Positions 9,060 through 17,664 of a DNA stretch of 64,000 nucleotides are shown here, one piece after another. The notes under the pieces were generated by a model. The model made no database searches and was not told the DNA's origin. It worked only from the letters and a program-made list of their open reading frames with translations. Origin of the DNA: a virus; the IMG/VR virus record IMGVR_UViG_3300027370_000003, positions 9,436 to 73,435 of that record. The stretch is one strand, 5' to 3'. The position numbers and the translations under genes are program-made. Numbering within the stretch: the stretch's first letter is position 1; every line of letters begins with the position of its first letter.

Positions 9060-9437
9060 TTAGGCGGCCTCCTTCTTCGTCAATTTGTCGATGACTTCTT
9101 CCCACGAATCGCCTTCGGCCCTGATCGTAAAGAAGAGGCTGCTCGTCGTGCCGACCGTGATCTTATAATGGCGCGTTATAGACCCCAGCCGGTCCGTCTC
9201 CTTGTGGGCCAATTCATAAGCCGCGCACAGGCTTTGATATTCGGCGTCGGCCGCAAGGACCGCGCGGCATCGAGCATTCTTTTGTTCTTCCAGTTTTTTC
9301 CGTTCCTCGATCGCCGGAGTAAGCGAAGCCCGCGCGGCTTCGCGCTCTTCTCGTGTCGCGGCTTTGGGGTCCAAACGATAGCCTAACGACTTGCCGAGTA
9401 GCTTCCCAAGTTTCCTGATTGCGGCTGATCGTTCCAT
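9060..9437 (-). CDS. 125-aa hypothetical protein, first gene of left operon; paralogue of 19141-19518
   Basis: 96/125 identical residues with 19141-19518 by manual ungapped alignment; GGAGAG RBS. Confidence 0.85.
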   Translation of the reverse strand: MERSAAIRKLGKLLGKSLGYRLDPKAATREEREAARASLTPAIEERKKLEEQKNARCRAVLAADAEYQSLCAAYELAHKETDRLGSITRHYKITVGTTSSLFFTIRAEGDSWEEVIDKLTKKEAA

Positions 9438-9476
9438 CTGTCTCTCCATCGTCCCTCGTGGGATCGAAGCATTCCG

Positions 9477-9541
9477 AATCTAGGGGATTTTTAGCCCGCC
9501 GTCCAGCCCTTCTTGCCCTTTCCGGCGCCACTGTGCTATTT
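9477..9541. promoter_or_regulatory. divergent sigma70-like promoter pair
   Basis: Leftward TGGACG(9505-9500)-N17-TAGATT(9482-9477); rightward TTGCCC(9513)-N17-CTATTT(9536); contains GATTTTTAGCCC at 9486-9497. Confidence 0.55.
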
Positions 9542-9548
9542 CTGGCAC

Positions 9549-9836
9549 ATGATAGTCGAGACCATGACCGCCAACCTCGTCCTGATCGCCCGGGCCTACG
9601 CCAAGGGGAAACGGACCACCCTCGCCGCCGTTGCCCGCAAGTTTTACGGAAACCCCCGTCTTTTCGACGAATTGCAGACCCGGAGGAAGCCTACCGAGGA
9701 CGACCCCCGAAGGTGGGAGCGGTCGATCTCCGTGCAGAAGTACGAGGAGATCGTTGAGGCCATGCGGGCGGATTGGCCGGACGGCGCCCTGTGGCCGCTC
9801 ACGCGCGCGGTGATCATCGAACGCTACGCCCGCTGA
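9549..9836 (+). CDS. Cro-like HTH regulator (alphaproteobacterial phage type)
   Basis: LVLIARAYA...TLAAVARKFYGNPRLF...SISVQKYE...ADWPDGALWP; first gene of divergent operon, probably leaderless. Confidence 0.65.
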   Translation: MIVETMTANLVLIARAYAKGKRTTLAAVARKFYGNPRLFDELQTRRKPTEDDPRRWERSISVQKYEEIVEAMRADWPDGALWPLTRAVIIERYAR

Positions 9837-9896
9837 GCCGAAAATATCCCCACCCGTTCTTGCCCGGACTCGCCGACTCTGTTACGTCCCGCCGCC

Positions 9897-10112
9897 ATGA
9901 GCGAGCCTGAGCAGATCGAAGACGAAGAGGTCGAGCTCGTCCCGGTACCGATGCGCCCGGAGACGCTAGCGGCGCTCGTTCGCTTTGCCGACCGTATCGG
10001 CGAGGCACCCGGCATCGCGCTCGGGATGCTGGTCGAGGATTTGCTCGAGGACGAGACCTTCTGGGACGCGGTCGACGACGAGACCGGCGTCGAACCGCAG
10101 ACGGCCCACTGA
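9897..10112 (+). CDS. acidic hypothetical protein (possible RHH-like)
   Basis: ORF in operon. Confidence 0.55.
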   Translation: MSEPEQIEDEEVELVPVPMRPETLAALVRFADRIGEAPGIALGMLVEDLLEDETFWDAVDDETGVEPQTAH

Positions 10113-10132
10113 ACAACCAAAGGAGAACGGCG

Positions 10133-10525
10133 ATGGCGAAAAAAGGCGATCCGGCGAAGGAAGTCCGTAAGGTCACGTCCGCGCGCAAGCTGAAGGAATT
10201 GCTGGCGTCGGCCAGGTCGGCCAAGAACGACATTTCCGAGATCGCTGGCGGCCTCGGGTCGGAGATCAAGGCCGCCGTTGAGAAAAACCACCTTCACCGC
10301 AAGGCGTTCCGCGCCGCCATCGCCGAGGACCGGATGGAGCCGGAAAAGCTCGCGGAATACTACGAGCAGCTCGAGTATTATCGCGACGTTCTGGGCCTCG
10401 AAGAGCGGGCGAAGAACGCGCCGAAACTGCCGATGGGCGAAGCCACGGAAGGCGACGAGGAAGGCGAGACCGGCAACGGCACGGTCCATTCGTTCCCGGC
10501 GCAGAAGTCCGTCGCTGCGGAATAG
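10133..10525 (+). CDS. GapR/DUF2312-like DNA-binding protein
   Basis: AAGGAG RBS; EIKAAVEK...KAFRAAI...YYRDVLGL pattern; remote similarity only. Confidence 0.5.
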   Translation: MAKKGDPAKEVRKVTSARKLKELLASARSAKNDISEIAGGLGSEIKAAVEKNHLHRKAFRAAIAEDRMEPEKLAEYYEQLEYYRDVLGLEERAKNAPKLPMGEATEGDEEGETGNGTVHSFPAQKSVAAE

Positions 10526-10528
10526 CCG

Positions 10529-11041
10529 GTGCGCGTGGTTGCGATTGATCCGGGGGTTACCGGCGCCGCGGTCCTTTACTGGCCTGATCGGTCGGTCGAA
10601 TCCGGCCTCCGCTGGGTCGTGATGGACCTGCCGACGGTCGGCGACCCCAAGCGGGAACTCAACCCGGCGGCACTCCGGGATTGGCTGCAGCGCCATTCGC
10701 CGGACCACGCCTTTCTTGAGCTCGTTACCGCGATGCCGTCTATTCCCGGCGCTGACGGGGTACGGCGCGGCATGGGAGCGGCCGGCGCCTTCCGATTCGG
10801 CGGCTTTTTTTATGCCCTGAAGGCCGTCATCGCCTGTTGCAACATCCCCTACACGATGGTCACGCCGCAGAGTTGGAAGAAACAGTTTGGCCTAAAGGGC
10901 GGCGACAAGGAGCCATCGCGCAAGCGGGCACTCCAGCTTTTCCCGGATCAGGCGACCATGCTCGCCCGGAAGAAGGATCAGAACCGCGCTGAAGCGATGC
11001 TCTTGGCAAAATACGGGGCTGACAAACTAGGGGTGCAATGA
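10529..11041 (+). CDS. RuvC-like Holliday junction resolvase
   Basis: VVAIDPGVTGA...FLE...AFRFG...VTPQSWKK...RAEAMLLA. Confidence 0.88.
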   Translation: MRVVAIDPGVTGAAVLYWPDRSVESGLRWVVMDLPTVGDPKRELNPAALRDWLQRHSPDHAFLELVTAMPSIPGADGVRRGMGAAGAFRFGGFFYALKAVIACCNIPYTMVTPQSWKKQFGLKGGDKEPSRKRALQLFPDQATMLARKKDQNRAEAMLLAKYGADKLGVQ

Positions 11042-11667
11042 TGTCGAGACACCACAAAATGACGCGGCATGAGCCGCCGAAGCCGCGCAACCGGGCAGTC
11101 GCCTTCGCCATCCTGGTTTTGCTGCTGCTATTCGGGATCGTCTTCTGGCTGTGCGAGCCGCCGGCGCCGAAGCCGGTCCCAGCCCTTCCGCCGGTCACCG
11201 AGCAGCCCGCGCCCGTCCCGGAGCCCGCCGAACCTACGCCAGCGCCGTCCGACTCGCTCCCGACCGCCGCACCGACCGCGATTCCCTCGCTCCCGCCACC
11301 GCCAGAGCCGCCGGACACCGGCGCGCAACCGCTGTCAGAACCGCCCAATAGCGGCGCAACCGCCGCACCGCAGCCGCCAGATGCCGCCCTCCCGGCACCC
11401 CCGGAGCCGGAACCGCCAAAATTAGCCCCTATTAGCCCGGAGACTAAACTTAGCCCAGAAACTAAACTTCCGACCAAATCAGCCCCGCCGCCAGATGGTG
11501 CCGTAATCGCGCCAGCGAGGCCACCGGTAAGCCATCCGGCCGCCCCTCCCCGACATAGGGTCCATCCCCGCCCGACGCACCGCCACGCGCCCCGGCGCGG
11601 ACGTAGGGGCTGCCAAGCGTGCCGGGAGCCGATGCCGGCGGACGAATACTGCCCGGGGATTTACTGA
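11038..11667 (+). CDS. single-pass membrane protein with long proline-rich tail
   Basis: Basic N-terminus, TM AVAFAILVLLLLFGIVFWL, PAP/PEP-rich region, terminal CQAC. Confidence 0.7.
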   Translation: MMSRHHKMTRHEPPKPRNRAVAFAILVLLLLFGIVFWLCEPPAPKPVPALPPVTEQPAPVPEPAEPTPAPSDSLPTAAPTAIPSLPPPPEPPDTGAQPLSEPPNSGATAAPQPPDAALPAPPEPEPPKLAPISPETKLSPETKLPTKSAPPPDGAVIAPARPPVSHPAAPPRHRVHPRPTHRHAPRRGRRGCQACREPMPADEYCPGIY

Positions 11668-12263
11668 TGGCCCTGGTCGAAGCGGAATTGCCCAAAAACG
11701 CCGTTTCGAAGATCGGCGCGCACAAGTTCAAACGCCAGCGCCATGAGCACTATGTCGACGAGGCGTGGTGCAGCGTGCGGCTTTTGGAGGAGGAGGCTTT
11801 CACTTGGCCGATCTGGGACCCCTCCTGCGGTTGGGGCCGAATCGGTGATGCGGCGAGCGCGCGCGGTGGCGGCTGTATTTCAACGGATCTGGTCCGACGC
11901 GGCTATGGCACCGGCGGCGTCGATTTTCTCAAGACCGCGAAAATGCGCGGCGGCGCCCTATCCATCGTTTGCAACCCGCCGTTCGATCTGTCCCAGGCGT
12001 TTGCCGAACATGCGCTCGGGCTCGGCGCCGAGAAGATTGCGATGATTGCGCTGGTCCGGCGCCTCCCCGCCGCGCGGTGGCTGCAAAAGACGCCACTTTC
12101 CCGCGTCTGGCTGATGTCGCCCCGGCCATCAATGCCGACCGGCACCCATATCCGCAACGGCGGCTACGTCGGCGGCGGCACACAGGACTTTTGCTGGCTG
12201 GTCTGGACGAAGGGTTGGACGGCGCCGGCCGAAATGCGCTGGCTTTTCCGGGACAAAACCTAG
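11667..12263 (+). CDS. SAM-dependent DNA amino-methyltransferase
   Basis: IWDPSCGWG (motif I) and IVCNPPF (motif IV). Confidence 0.85.
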   Translation: MALVEAELPKNAVSKIGAHKFKRQRHEHYVDEAWCSVRLLEEEAFTWPIWDPSCGWGRIGDAASARGGGCISTDLVRRGYGTGGVDFLKTAKMRGGALSIVCNPPFDLSQAFAEHALGLGAEKIAMIALVRRLPAARWLQKTPLSRVWLMSPRPSMPTGTHIRNGGYVGGGTQDFCWLVWTKGWTAPAEMRWLFRDKT

Positions 12264-12329
12264 ACCTAGCGTCAACCCCGGAAAAATACGCAGCCGGTAT
12301 GGCTTGGCACCCCCTATAGAATCGATTTA

Positions 12330-12710
12330 CAAAACAATGCCCGGCTGAGATTGCGGTCCCAGCCGGGCTTATCCCGATGCGATTCGAACCCAAATCGGGA
12401 TTGCGTGCAGAGAATCTAGGTGACCTGATTCTGCGCGTCAAGATTGGGTAGCCCGGCATCCCCCATGCCGATCGAGCCTCGCAATTAAAAAATCCGCAGC
12501 GGGTCTCGGCGCGTCCGAGGGACGAAGCGCGGGGAACTTTTGCCCGAAAGGGACTTTCCGACCCCGGCAAGTGCGGCATGACGACTTGTCGAAAACCAGG
12601 GACTTCTAAGGCATTGTTGCGTAGTCGCCGTCGGACAGTTCGACGGGCCGGCGATTGGCCCACGATACGGGCATCCCTTGGCTATAGCGTTAATCATGCT
12701 TCCCAGTCCG
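12330..12710 (+). ncRNA. candidate structured non-coding RNA or structured origin
   Basis: No credible ORF; successive hairpins at 12339-12368, 12371-12401, 12411-12432, 12454-12470, 12505-12519 and 12530-12566 (with CCC-GAAA-GGG); strand is a guess. Confidence 0.4.
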
Positions 12711-12788
12711 CAATGGCTCAGAGCCTAGCCCAAGCGAGGGCAGGCAGAGGGGGCCGGAAGTTGCGGAAAGCGGCTATGGAGGAGCCAA

Positions 12789-12950
12789 ATGCGCAAGCCG
12801 TGTCCGAACTGCAAAACCGGAACCGCAGTCTGCGACGTTGTGGATAACGGCGTCGGTGAGCAACAATGCGGTCCCTATGTCTGCGAATCATGTGGCTGGA
12901 TTGAGCAACGACCAAAATTCGATGAACTCGGCGACGAAGTGGAGTTTTAG
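12789..12950 (+). CDS. 53-aa Zn-finger protein
   Basis: GGAGGAG RBS; MRKPCPNC...QCGPYVCESC; manual translation. Confidence 0.7.
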   Translation: MRKPCPNCKTGTAVCDVVDNGVGEQQCGPYVCESCGWIEQRPKFDELGDEVEF

Positions 12951-12952
12951 AG

Positions 12953-13336
12953 ATGGTAAACGGAGTCGCGCTTCCGGAAGAGTGGCAACCGAAAAACGTA
13001 GACCGCGACTATGGGCGGCTGGTTTTGCATCTGAACGATTCGCAAATCGACGACATGGCCGAGGACATGCGACTTTGGGCGGCGGCGAATGCGAATCGCC
13101 AGATTGCGCGCAAGGCGAATTGGTCGGCGGCATTTCGAGGATGGATGCGTCGCGTGGCAAAGCAACAGGGAGGACCAAATGGAACGGGACCAAACAGAAG
13201 CGCAAGCGCGGCTGCAGGTCGACTCGCCGACCATATCCGAGGCGGAGCGACAATCCCGCCTCGACCAACTCTATTGCGCGGACCGAGCGAGACTCCTGCT
13301 GGGCTCTTATCGGCGGGACGACGCGAACAATCCTGA
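12953..13336 (+). CDS. replication protein, DnaT/O-C-terminal-like domain only
   Basis: LPEEWQP...WAAAN...KANWSAAFRGWMR motif of lambdoid initiator C-termini. Confidence 0.65.
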   Translation: MVNGVALPEEWQPKNVDRDYGRLVLHLNDSQIDDMAEDMRLWAAANANRQIARKANWSAAFRGWMRRVAKQQGGPNGTGPNRSASAAAGRLADHIRGGATIPPRPTLLRGPSETPAGLLSAGRREQS

Positions 13337-13847
13337 TATTTACGTTCAAGCGATCACGATGGTGCTGAGCGAATACCCGCGCGCCGTGGTCGAATATGCC
13401 ACCGACCCGCGTACCGGGATTCAGAGCCAGGAACAGTTTCGGGCGTGGCCGCCGAACTCTGGCGAGGTAAAAAAATTCTGCGACGATGAGATGGTGAGGA
13501 TTCATCGGATGTCAGAGCCGGTCTATAAATTCCGCGCTCCAGATTACATTCCTCCGCGCAACGATCCCGGCTGCTGGGCGAACGTCTTCGTCGGGCCGTC
13601 ATCGCCGAACTACGCTGCGGCGCTCGCGTTCACCGAATCGCCGGACGCCGATCGCCGAGCGTGGCGGTTCGGAGATTTCCGCGGCATCAACGGGATATGG
13701 CTCTCGTTGAACGATTATGAACGCGCGCGCGGCGGCGTCGGCCTAGCGAAGACATGGCAGTCCCCGAGCGACGCCGCGATGCGCGCGCATTACAGCGCCG
13801 AGGAAGCGAAGCGCAGATCCGCCGAGACGGAGAACCCCGCACCATGA
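13179..13847 (+). CDS. putative helicase-loader (P-like) replication protein
   Basis: LLGSYRRDDANNPDIY...DPRTGI...WPPNSGEV; CAACAGGGAGG before ATG 13179. Confidence 0.6.
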   Translation: MERDQTEAQARLQVDSPTISEAERQSRLDQLYCADRARLLLGSYRRDDANNPDIYVQAITMVLSEYPRAVVEYATDPRTGIQSQEQFRAWPPNSGEVKKFCDDEMVRIHRMSEPVYKFRAPDYIPPRNDPGCWANVFVGPSSPNYAAALAFTESPDADRRAWRFGDFRGINGIWLSLNDYERARGGVGLAKTWQSPSDAAMRAHYSAEEAKRRSAETENPAP

Positions 13848-14119
13848 GCGCAGCAAGCGATAACCTTCGCGCCAATCAGCGCCAACTCGATATGGACGGC
13901 TGCGAGGTCGGCGTCTCGCGGCAGGCGGTCGAAGAGACCTTGGCGGAATACGACGCGATGGTCGAAGCAATGTCCGAACTGTTCAAACTCCACGGGCAAG
14001 CCAAACGCGACGAATGGTTGAGCGATCAAGCATGGGAGCACGCGATCATCGTCACAGAGAAAGCCGCCGTCGCTCTTGCCACCGCACTTTTGCCGATGCC
14101 AGTGCCGGAGGAGCCATGA
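13844..14119 (+). CDS. hypothetical protein
   Basis: ATGA coupling. Confidence 0.6.
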   Translation: MSAASDNLRANQRQLDMDGCEVGVSRQAVEETLAEYDAMVEAMSELFKLHGQAKRDEWLSDQAWEHAIIVTEKAAVALATALLPMPVPEEP

Positions 14120-14448
14120 CCGAAACCCCGCTCCTCGACTGGACGCCACCGAATGTCCGGATGTCCGACCCGGACACCAGCCGCAAGGCGGCTGCGCGCG
14201 CGCCGAGCCTGCGGGCGCACGATCGGCGGCAAGCATTGGCCGCCCACCGGGCCCACCCCGAAGGCTTGACGGACTTCGAGCTCGGCGACTTGATCGGCCG
14301 GCAGCAGACATCCGCCGGGAAGCGCCGGGGCGAACTGCGCGACCTCGGCCTGGTCCGGGATTCCGGTGCCCGTCGGGCCTCCCCGAGCGGGAGCAGCGCC
14401 ATTGTGTGGATGATCACCGAGGCCGGGAAGGAGGCCGCCGATGGTTAG
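14116..14448 (+). CDS. winged-helix DNA-binding phage protein
   Basis: RMSDPDTSRKAA...GLTDFEL...KRRGELRDLGLVRDSG...VW. Confidence 0.75.
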   Translation: MTETPLLDWTPPNVRMSDPDTSRKAAARAPSLRAHDRRQALAAHRAHPEGLTDFELGDLIGRQQTSAGKRRGELRDLGLVRDSGARRASPSGSSAIVWMITEAGKEAADG

Positions 14449-14807
14449 GTTCCCCGACAGCGAGACGGACGAGAAGGGACTCGTGGTTCAGAAAGAGCCG
14501 CGGCCGATCATCGAGCGTTCCGACGACATCGGGACCGTCACCGAAGGACCGATCGTCGGTGCGCTGGTATTGGTATTCCGCCAACTCGGAGCGAAGCGCC
14601 ATGGTCGCGATCAATGAATCCGTGATCTACAAAAGCATGGCTGGCGAGCCGTGGGACGCCACTGTGGTCCGCGTCCGCGACGCCAACTTCGTCGACGTCA
14701 CGCTTTCCGGCCCATTCCTTCGTGAGCCGTTCGAACTTCACGCCGTAAGATGGTACGACGATCCGGACGAGCCGAAGTCCGGTGCGCGGCCGAGGAAAGC
14801 AGCATGA
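14441..14807 (+). CDS. two small hypothetical proteins (14441-14617, 14601-14807)
   Basis: MVRFPDSETDEKG... and MVAINESVIYKS...; overlapping tiling. Confidence 0.5.
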
Positions 14808-16159
14808 CGGCGAAGCTCAAGATCGAGCACTGGGCAATTGATCGCGTGCTGCCGTATGCGAAGAACGCGCGGCTCCATTCCGACGCACAGGTTGCAGCCG
14901 TCGCGAAGAGCATCGCCGAGTTTGGCTTCGTCAATCCATGCCTTGTCGATGCCGATGGCGTTCTGATCGCCGGACATTGCCGCGTCCTGTCGGCCAAGTC
15001 GCTCAGCCTCGAGACCGTCCCAGTTATTCGGCTGGGTCACCTCACCGAACTGCAGGCTCGCGCGCTTCGTCTAGCTGACAATGCCCTGCCTATGCAGGCA
15101 ACGTGGTCGAACGATCTTGTCACCGCCGAACTGCAAAGCCTCAAACTCGAAGGCTACGACATTCCATTAATCGGCTTTCCGGAATCTCAACTGCGTGGCT
15201 GGGGCGTCTCTCTCGGAACCGATTCCGCGCAAGACCCGGAAGCCGTACCGGAGCGGCCGAAGAAGCCGGTGGTGCGGAAGGGTGATCTCTGGGTCCTCGG
15301 CGATCATCGGCTGCTCTGCGGGGATGCTACGTCCGAATCTGACGTGGCAACGTGCCTTGGCGATGCGAAGCCACATTTGATGATTGTCGATCCACCGTAT
15401 GGTGTTTCCTACGATCCGAATTGGCGCAACGAAGCCAATCGATGGAGTGGGTCAAACGTGAAACTAGGCGCCGCCGCTTTGGGCACCGTTCGCAATGATA
15501 ATTTTGCCGACTGGACAAAAGCATGGAAACTATTCGAGGGGGACGTCGCCTACGTGTGGCACGCCGCATTGATGAGTGCTGCCGTCGAAGTGTCTCTGAC
15601 TGCAGTCAACCTAATTCCTCGATCAAATATCATCTGGAACAAGACGCGTGGCGTCATCGGGCGCGGCGATTATCATTGGCAACACGAACCGTGCTGGTAT
15701 GCCGTCCGCAAAGGAAAGCGCGGCCACTGGCAGGGGAGCCGCAGCCAGACAACGGTCTGGGACATACCCAAATCTCAAACCTCCGAGACCGGACATGGCA
15801 CGCAAAAACCGATCGAATGCATGAAGCGGCCGATGGAAAACAACAGCCGCAAAGGCGACGCGGTTTATGATCCTTTCGTCGGATCTGGGACCACGATCAT
15901 CGCCGCCGAGATGACCGGCCGAAAGGCGCTGGCGATCGAGATCGACCCGACCTACGTCCAGGTCGCGATCGAACGCTGGCAAACCTTCACATCAAAATTA
16001 GCAACATGCGACGGCAAGACTCTCGAACAAGTCGCCGCAGCAAGACGGAAGGGGAAGGCCAATGGATCGAAGCGAAAGCATCCACCGCTACGCGCCAATC
16101 GCAAACGCGATGGATTACGTGATGCTGGGGTGGATGCCGCAGCCGAGCCTGGCAAATAG
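14804..16159 (+). CDS. ParB-like domain + N4/N6 DNA methyltransferase
   Basis: PYAKNARLHS...GFVNP...IAGH; DPPYG; HGTQKP; YDPFVGSGTT. Confidence 0.93.
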   Translation: MTAKLKIEHWAIDRVLPYAKNARLHSDAQVAAVAKSIAEFGFVNPCLVDADGVLIAGHCRVLSAKSLSLETVPVIRLGHLTELQARALRLADNALPMQATWSNDLVTAELQSLKLEGYDIPLIGFPESQLRGWGVSLGTDSAQDPEAVPERPKKPVVRKGDLWVLGDHRLLCGDATSESDVATCLGDAKPHLMIVDPPYGVSYDPNWRNEANRWSGSNVKLGAAALGTVRNDNFADWTKAWKLFEGDVAYVWHAALMSAAVEVSLTAVNLIPRSNIIWNKTRGVIGRGDYHWQHEPCWYAVRKGKRGHWQGSRSQTTVWDIPKSQTSETGHGTQKPIECMKRPMENNSRKGDAVYDPFVGSGTTIIAAEMTGRKALAIEIDPTYVQVAIERWQTFTSKLATCDGKTLEQVAAARRKGKANGSKRKHPPLRANRKRDGLRDAGVDAAAEPGK

Positions 16160-16274
16160 CGTGCACGGCGATTATTTGGTGCACGTCACTTCGATTGCGG
16201 TTTGTGCCTGCGGTCGGTCAGCAAGGACGCCGCTGGGTTCGTTCACGAGCGCCCCGCCTAGCGTGGCGTTGTAG
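16062..16274 (+). CDS. hypothetical protein
   Basis: GGGGAAGG RBS; overlaps the MTase end and the convergent gene. Confidence 0.4.
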   Translation: MDRSESIHRYAPIANAMDYVMLGWMPQPSLANSVHGDYLVHVTSIAVCACGRSARTPLGSFTSAPPSVAL

Positions 16275-16621
16275 CGCAACTCCTCGACCCGCCATCCCGC
16301 CCGCACCAAGGTATTTGCATAATCGGCCAGGACGCGCCGCAGCGCGGCCCTCCCCGCCTCGGTGATGACGGTGTGCGTCGGCCGGAAGACCTTGGTCGGC
16401 CTCCCGCTCGGCTTCGCCGGCCGAACGAACCCGCGGTTGACCAGCGCGGTCAGGCTCTTTTGGATTTGGCAAGCACGATCACGCTCGTCCGAGTCGATAA
16501 TGGAAGTGGGTTGAATGATCGGGACAAAAACCCCGTCGACGTGCTCCATCAGCAAATCCCGCATCCCCGCGGAAACGTAATCGTCCTTGTTGTAGCGAAG
16601 TCGCTTGCGCTGAAGTGCCAT
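16172..16621 (-). CDS. putative winged-helix protein, antisense to flanking operons
   Basis: SLTALVNRGFV...TVITEAGRAAL wHTH wing pattern; own upstream promoter. Confidence 0.55.
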   Translation of the reverse strand: MALQRKRLRYNKDDYVSAGMRDLLMEHVDGVFVPIIQPTSIIDSDERDRACQIQKSLTALVNRGFVRPAKPSGRPTKVFRPTHTVITEAGRAALRRVLADYANTLVRAGWRVEELRYNATLGGALVNEPSGVLADRPQAQTAIEVTCTK

Positions 16622-16655
16622 GGCTTTTCCCTTTTCCCGGAGTTATCCCCAAGGC

Positions 16656-16728
16656 AACCTAGCGTCATTTGAGGGCGGCCGTCCAGCGGGACGGGGGACT
16701 AGCGCGGCGTGATTTTTAGCCCTATAAT
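16656..16728. promoter_or_regulatory. second divergent promoter region
   Basis: Leftward TGGACG-N18-TAGGTT (16685-16656); rightward TATAAT 16723-16728 directly after GATTTTTAGCCC 16711-16722. Confidence 0.5.
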
Positions 16729-16787
16729 TGGGAATCGCTACGGAATGGGAAAGCGGCGAGTTTCGACAGGTTAGCAGGGAGATTCAG

Positions 16788-17153
16788 ATGACCGACAGAC
16801 CGAAGTGTGAGTGCTGCGATACCGAGCTTTGCGTCCAATGGTGCGACACGCACGGCGTGGGCGCCTGTACGACCTGCGGGATGCCCTACACGATCTATCA
16901 CTACGAGGAAATCGACGGCAAGCGCGAGCGCGTCACGAAACCACCGGCCATCGCCTTGTCGCCAATTGGCCTAGAGATTGCCAAACGATACTGGACCGAA
17001 CAACACGGCCGCGTTTTCCCGGCATGTTACGACATGGGGATCGGCCGCAGCGGGCGTTCGTATTCGGGGGCGACGCCAGAGGAATGCGAAAAGTTCGGTG
17101 CTTGGTACAAAGAGCACGAAGCCGAATTTCCGCGAGAGGAAGCTGCCGCTTAG
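16788..17153 (+). CDS. Cys-rich hypothetical protein
   Basis: CECC...C...CTTC; CAGGGAG RBS. Confidence 0.65.
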   Translation: MTDRPKCECCDTELCVQWCDTHGVGACTTCGMPYTIYHYEEIDGKRERVTKPPAIALSPIGLEIAKRYWTEQHGRVFPACYDMGIGRSGRSYSGATPEECEKFGAWYKEHEAEFPREEAAA

Positions 17154-17191
17154 CAAACAGGCACAAACAACAAGTTAACAGGGAGAATTAG

Positions 17192-17640
17192 GTGCCGACG
17201 CCGCGAGAATGCCTTGAAGAAGCTCAGCACCAAGTTTGGCTGATCGAGAGTGCTTTGGCGACCTTATCGGAGGCCGAATTGGCAAAACTCAAATGGTGGG
17301 CGCCAAGCAAACAAGGCACTTGGCATATCTGCGATCAGTATCACGATGGTGAAGTTGTTCTTCCCCGGTGCCATTTCAGTTTGAAGGTGGACAAAAGCAA
17401 ATTGACACCATTCAAGCCAAAGGATGCCGTGGAGTGCAAGTCGTGCACCACGAGAGTACGGGACCGATCATGATCGAAACGAAAAAGTCTCGCGCTGAAA
17501 TAGTGGCCGATGCCATCGTGGCCTATATCAATTCGCGCGACGTGCGATATGCGGAAGTGCAGAAAGCCATGTCAGTCGCGCGCCAGGGTTTAGTGGACGC
17601 GCTTGATTTGGCACTTAATCCCACCAGCAAAATCGACTGA
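17192..17640 (+). CDS. two hypothetical proteins (17192-17473, 17470-17640)
   Basis: AACAGGGAG before GTG 17192; ATGA coupling. Confidence 0.55.
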
Positions 17641-17664
17641 TACGGAATTAACAGGGAGGATCAA

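Noticed and set aside
12490-12710. Group I intron (AATCCGCAGC resembles the Q element)
   Set aside because: No convincing P7 (R/S) pairing and no interrupted gene on either side; kept only as a generic structured-RNA candidate.
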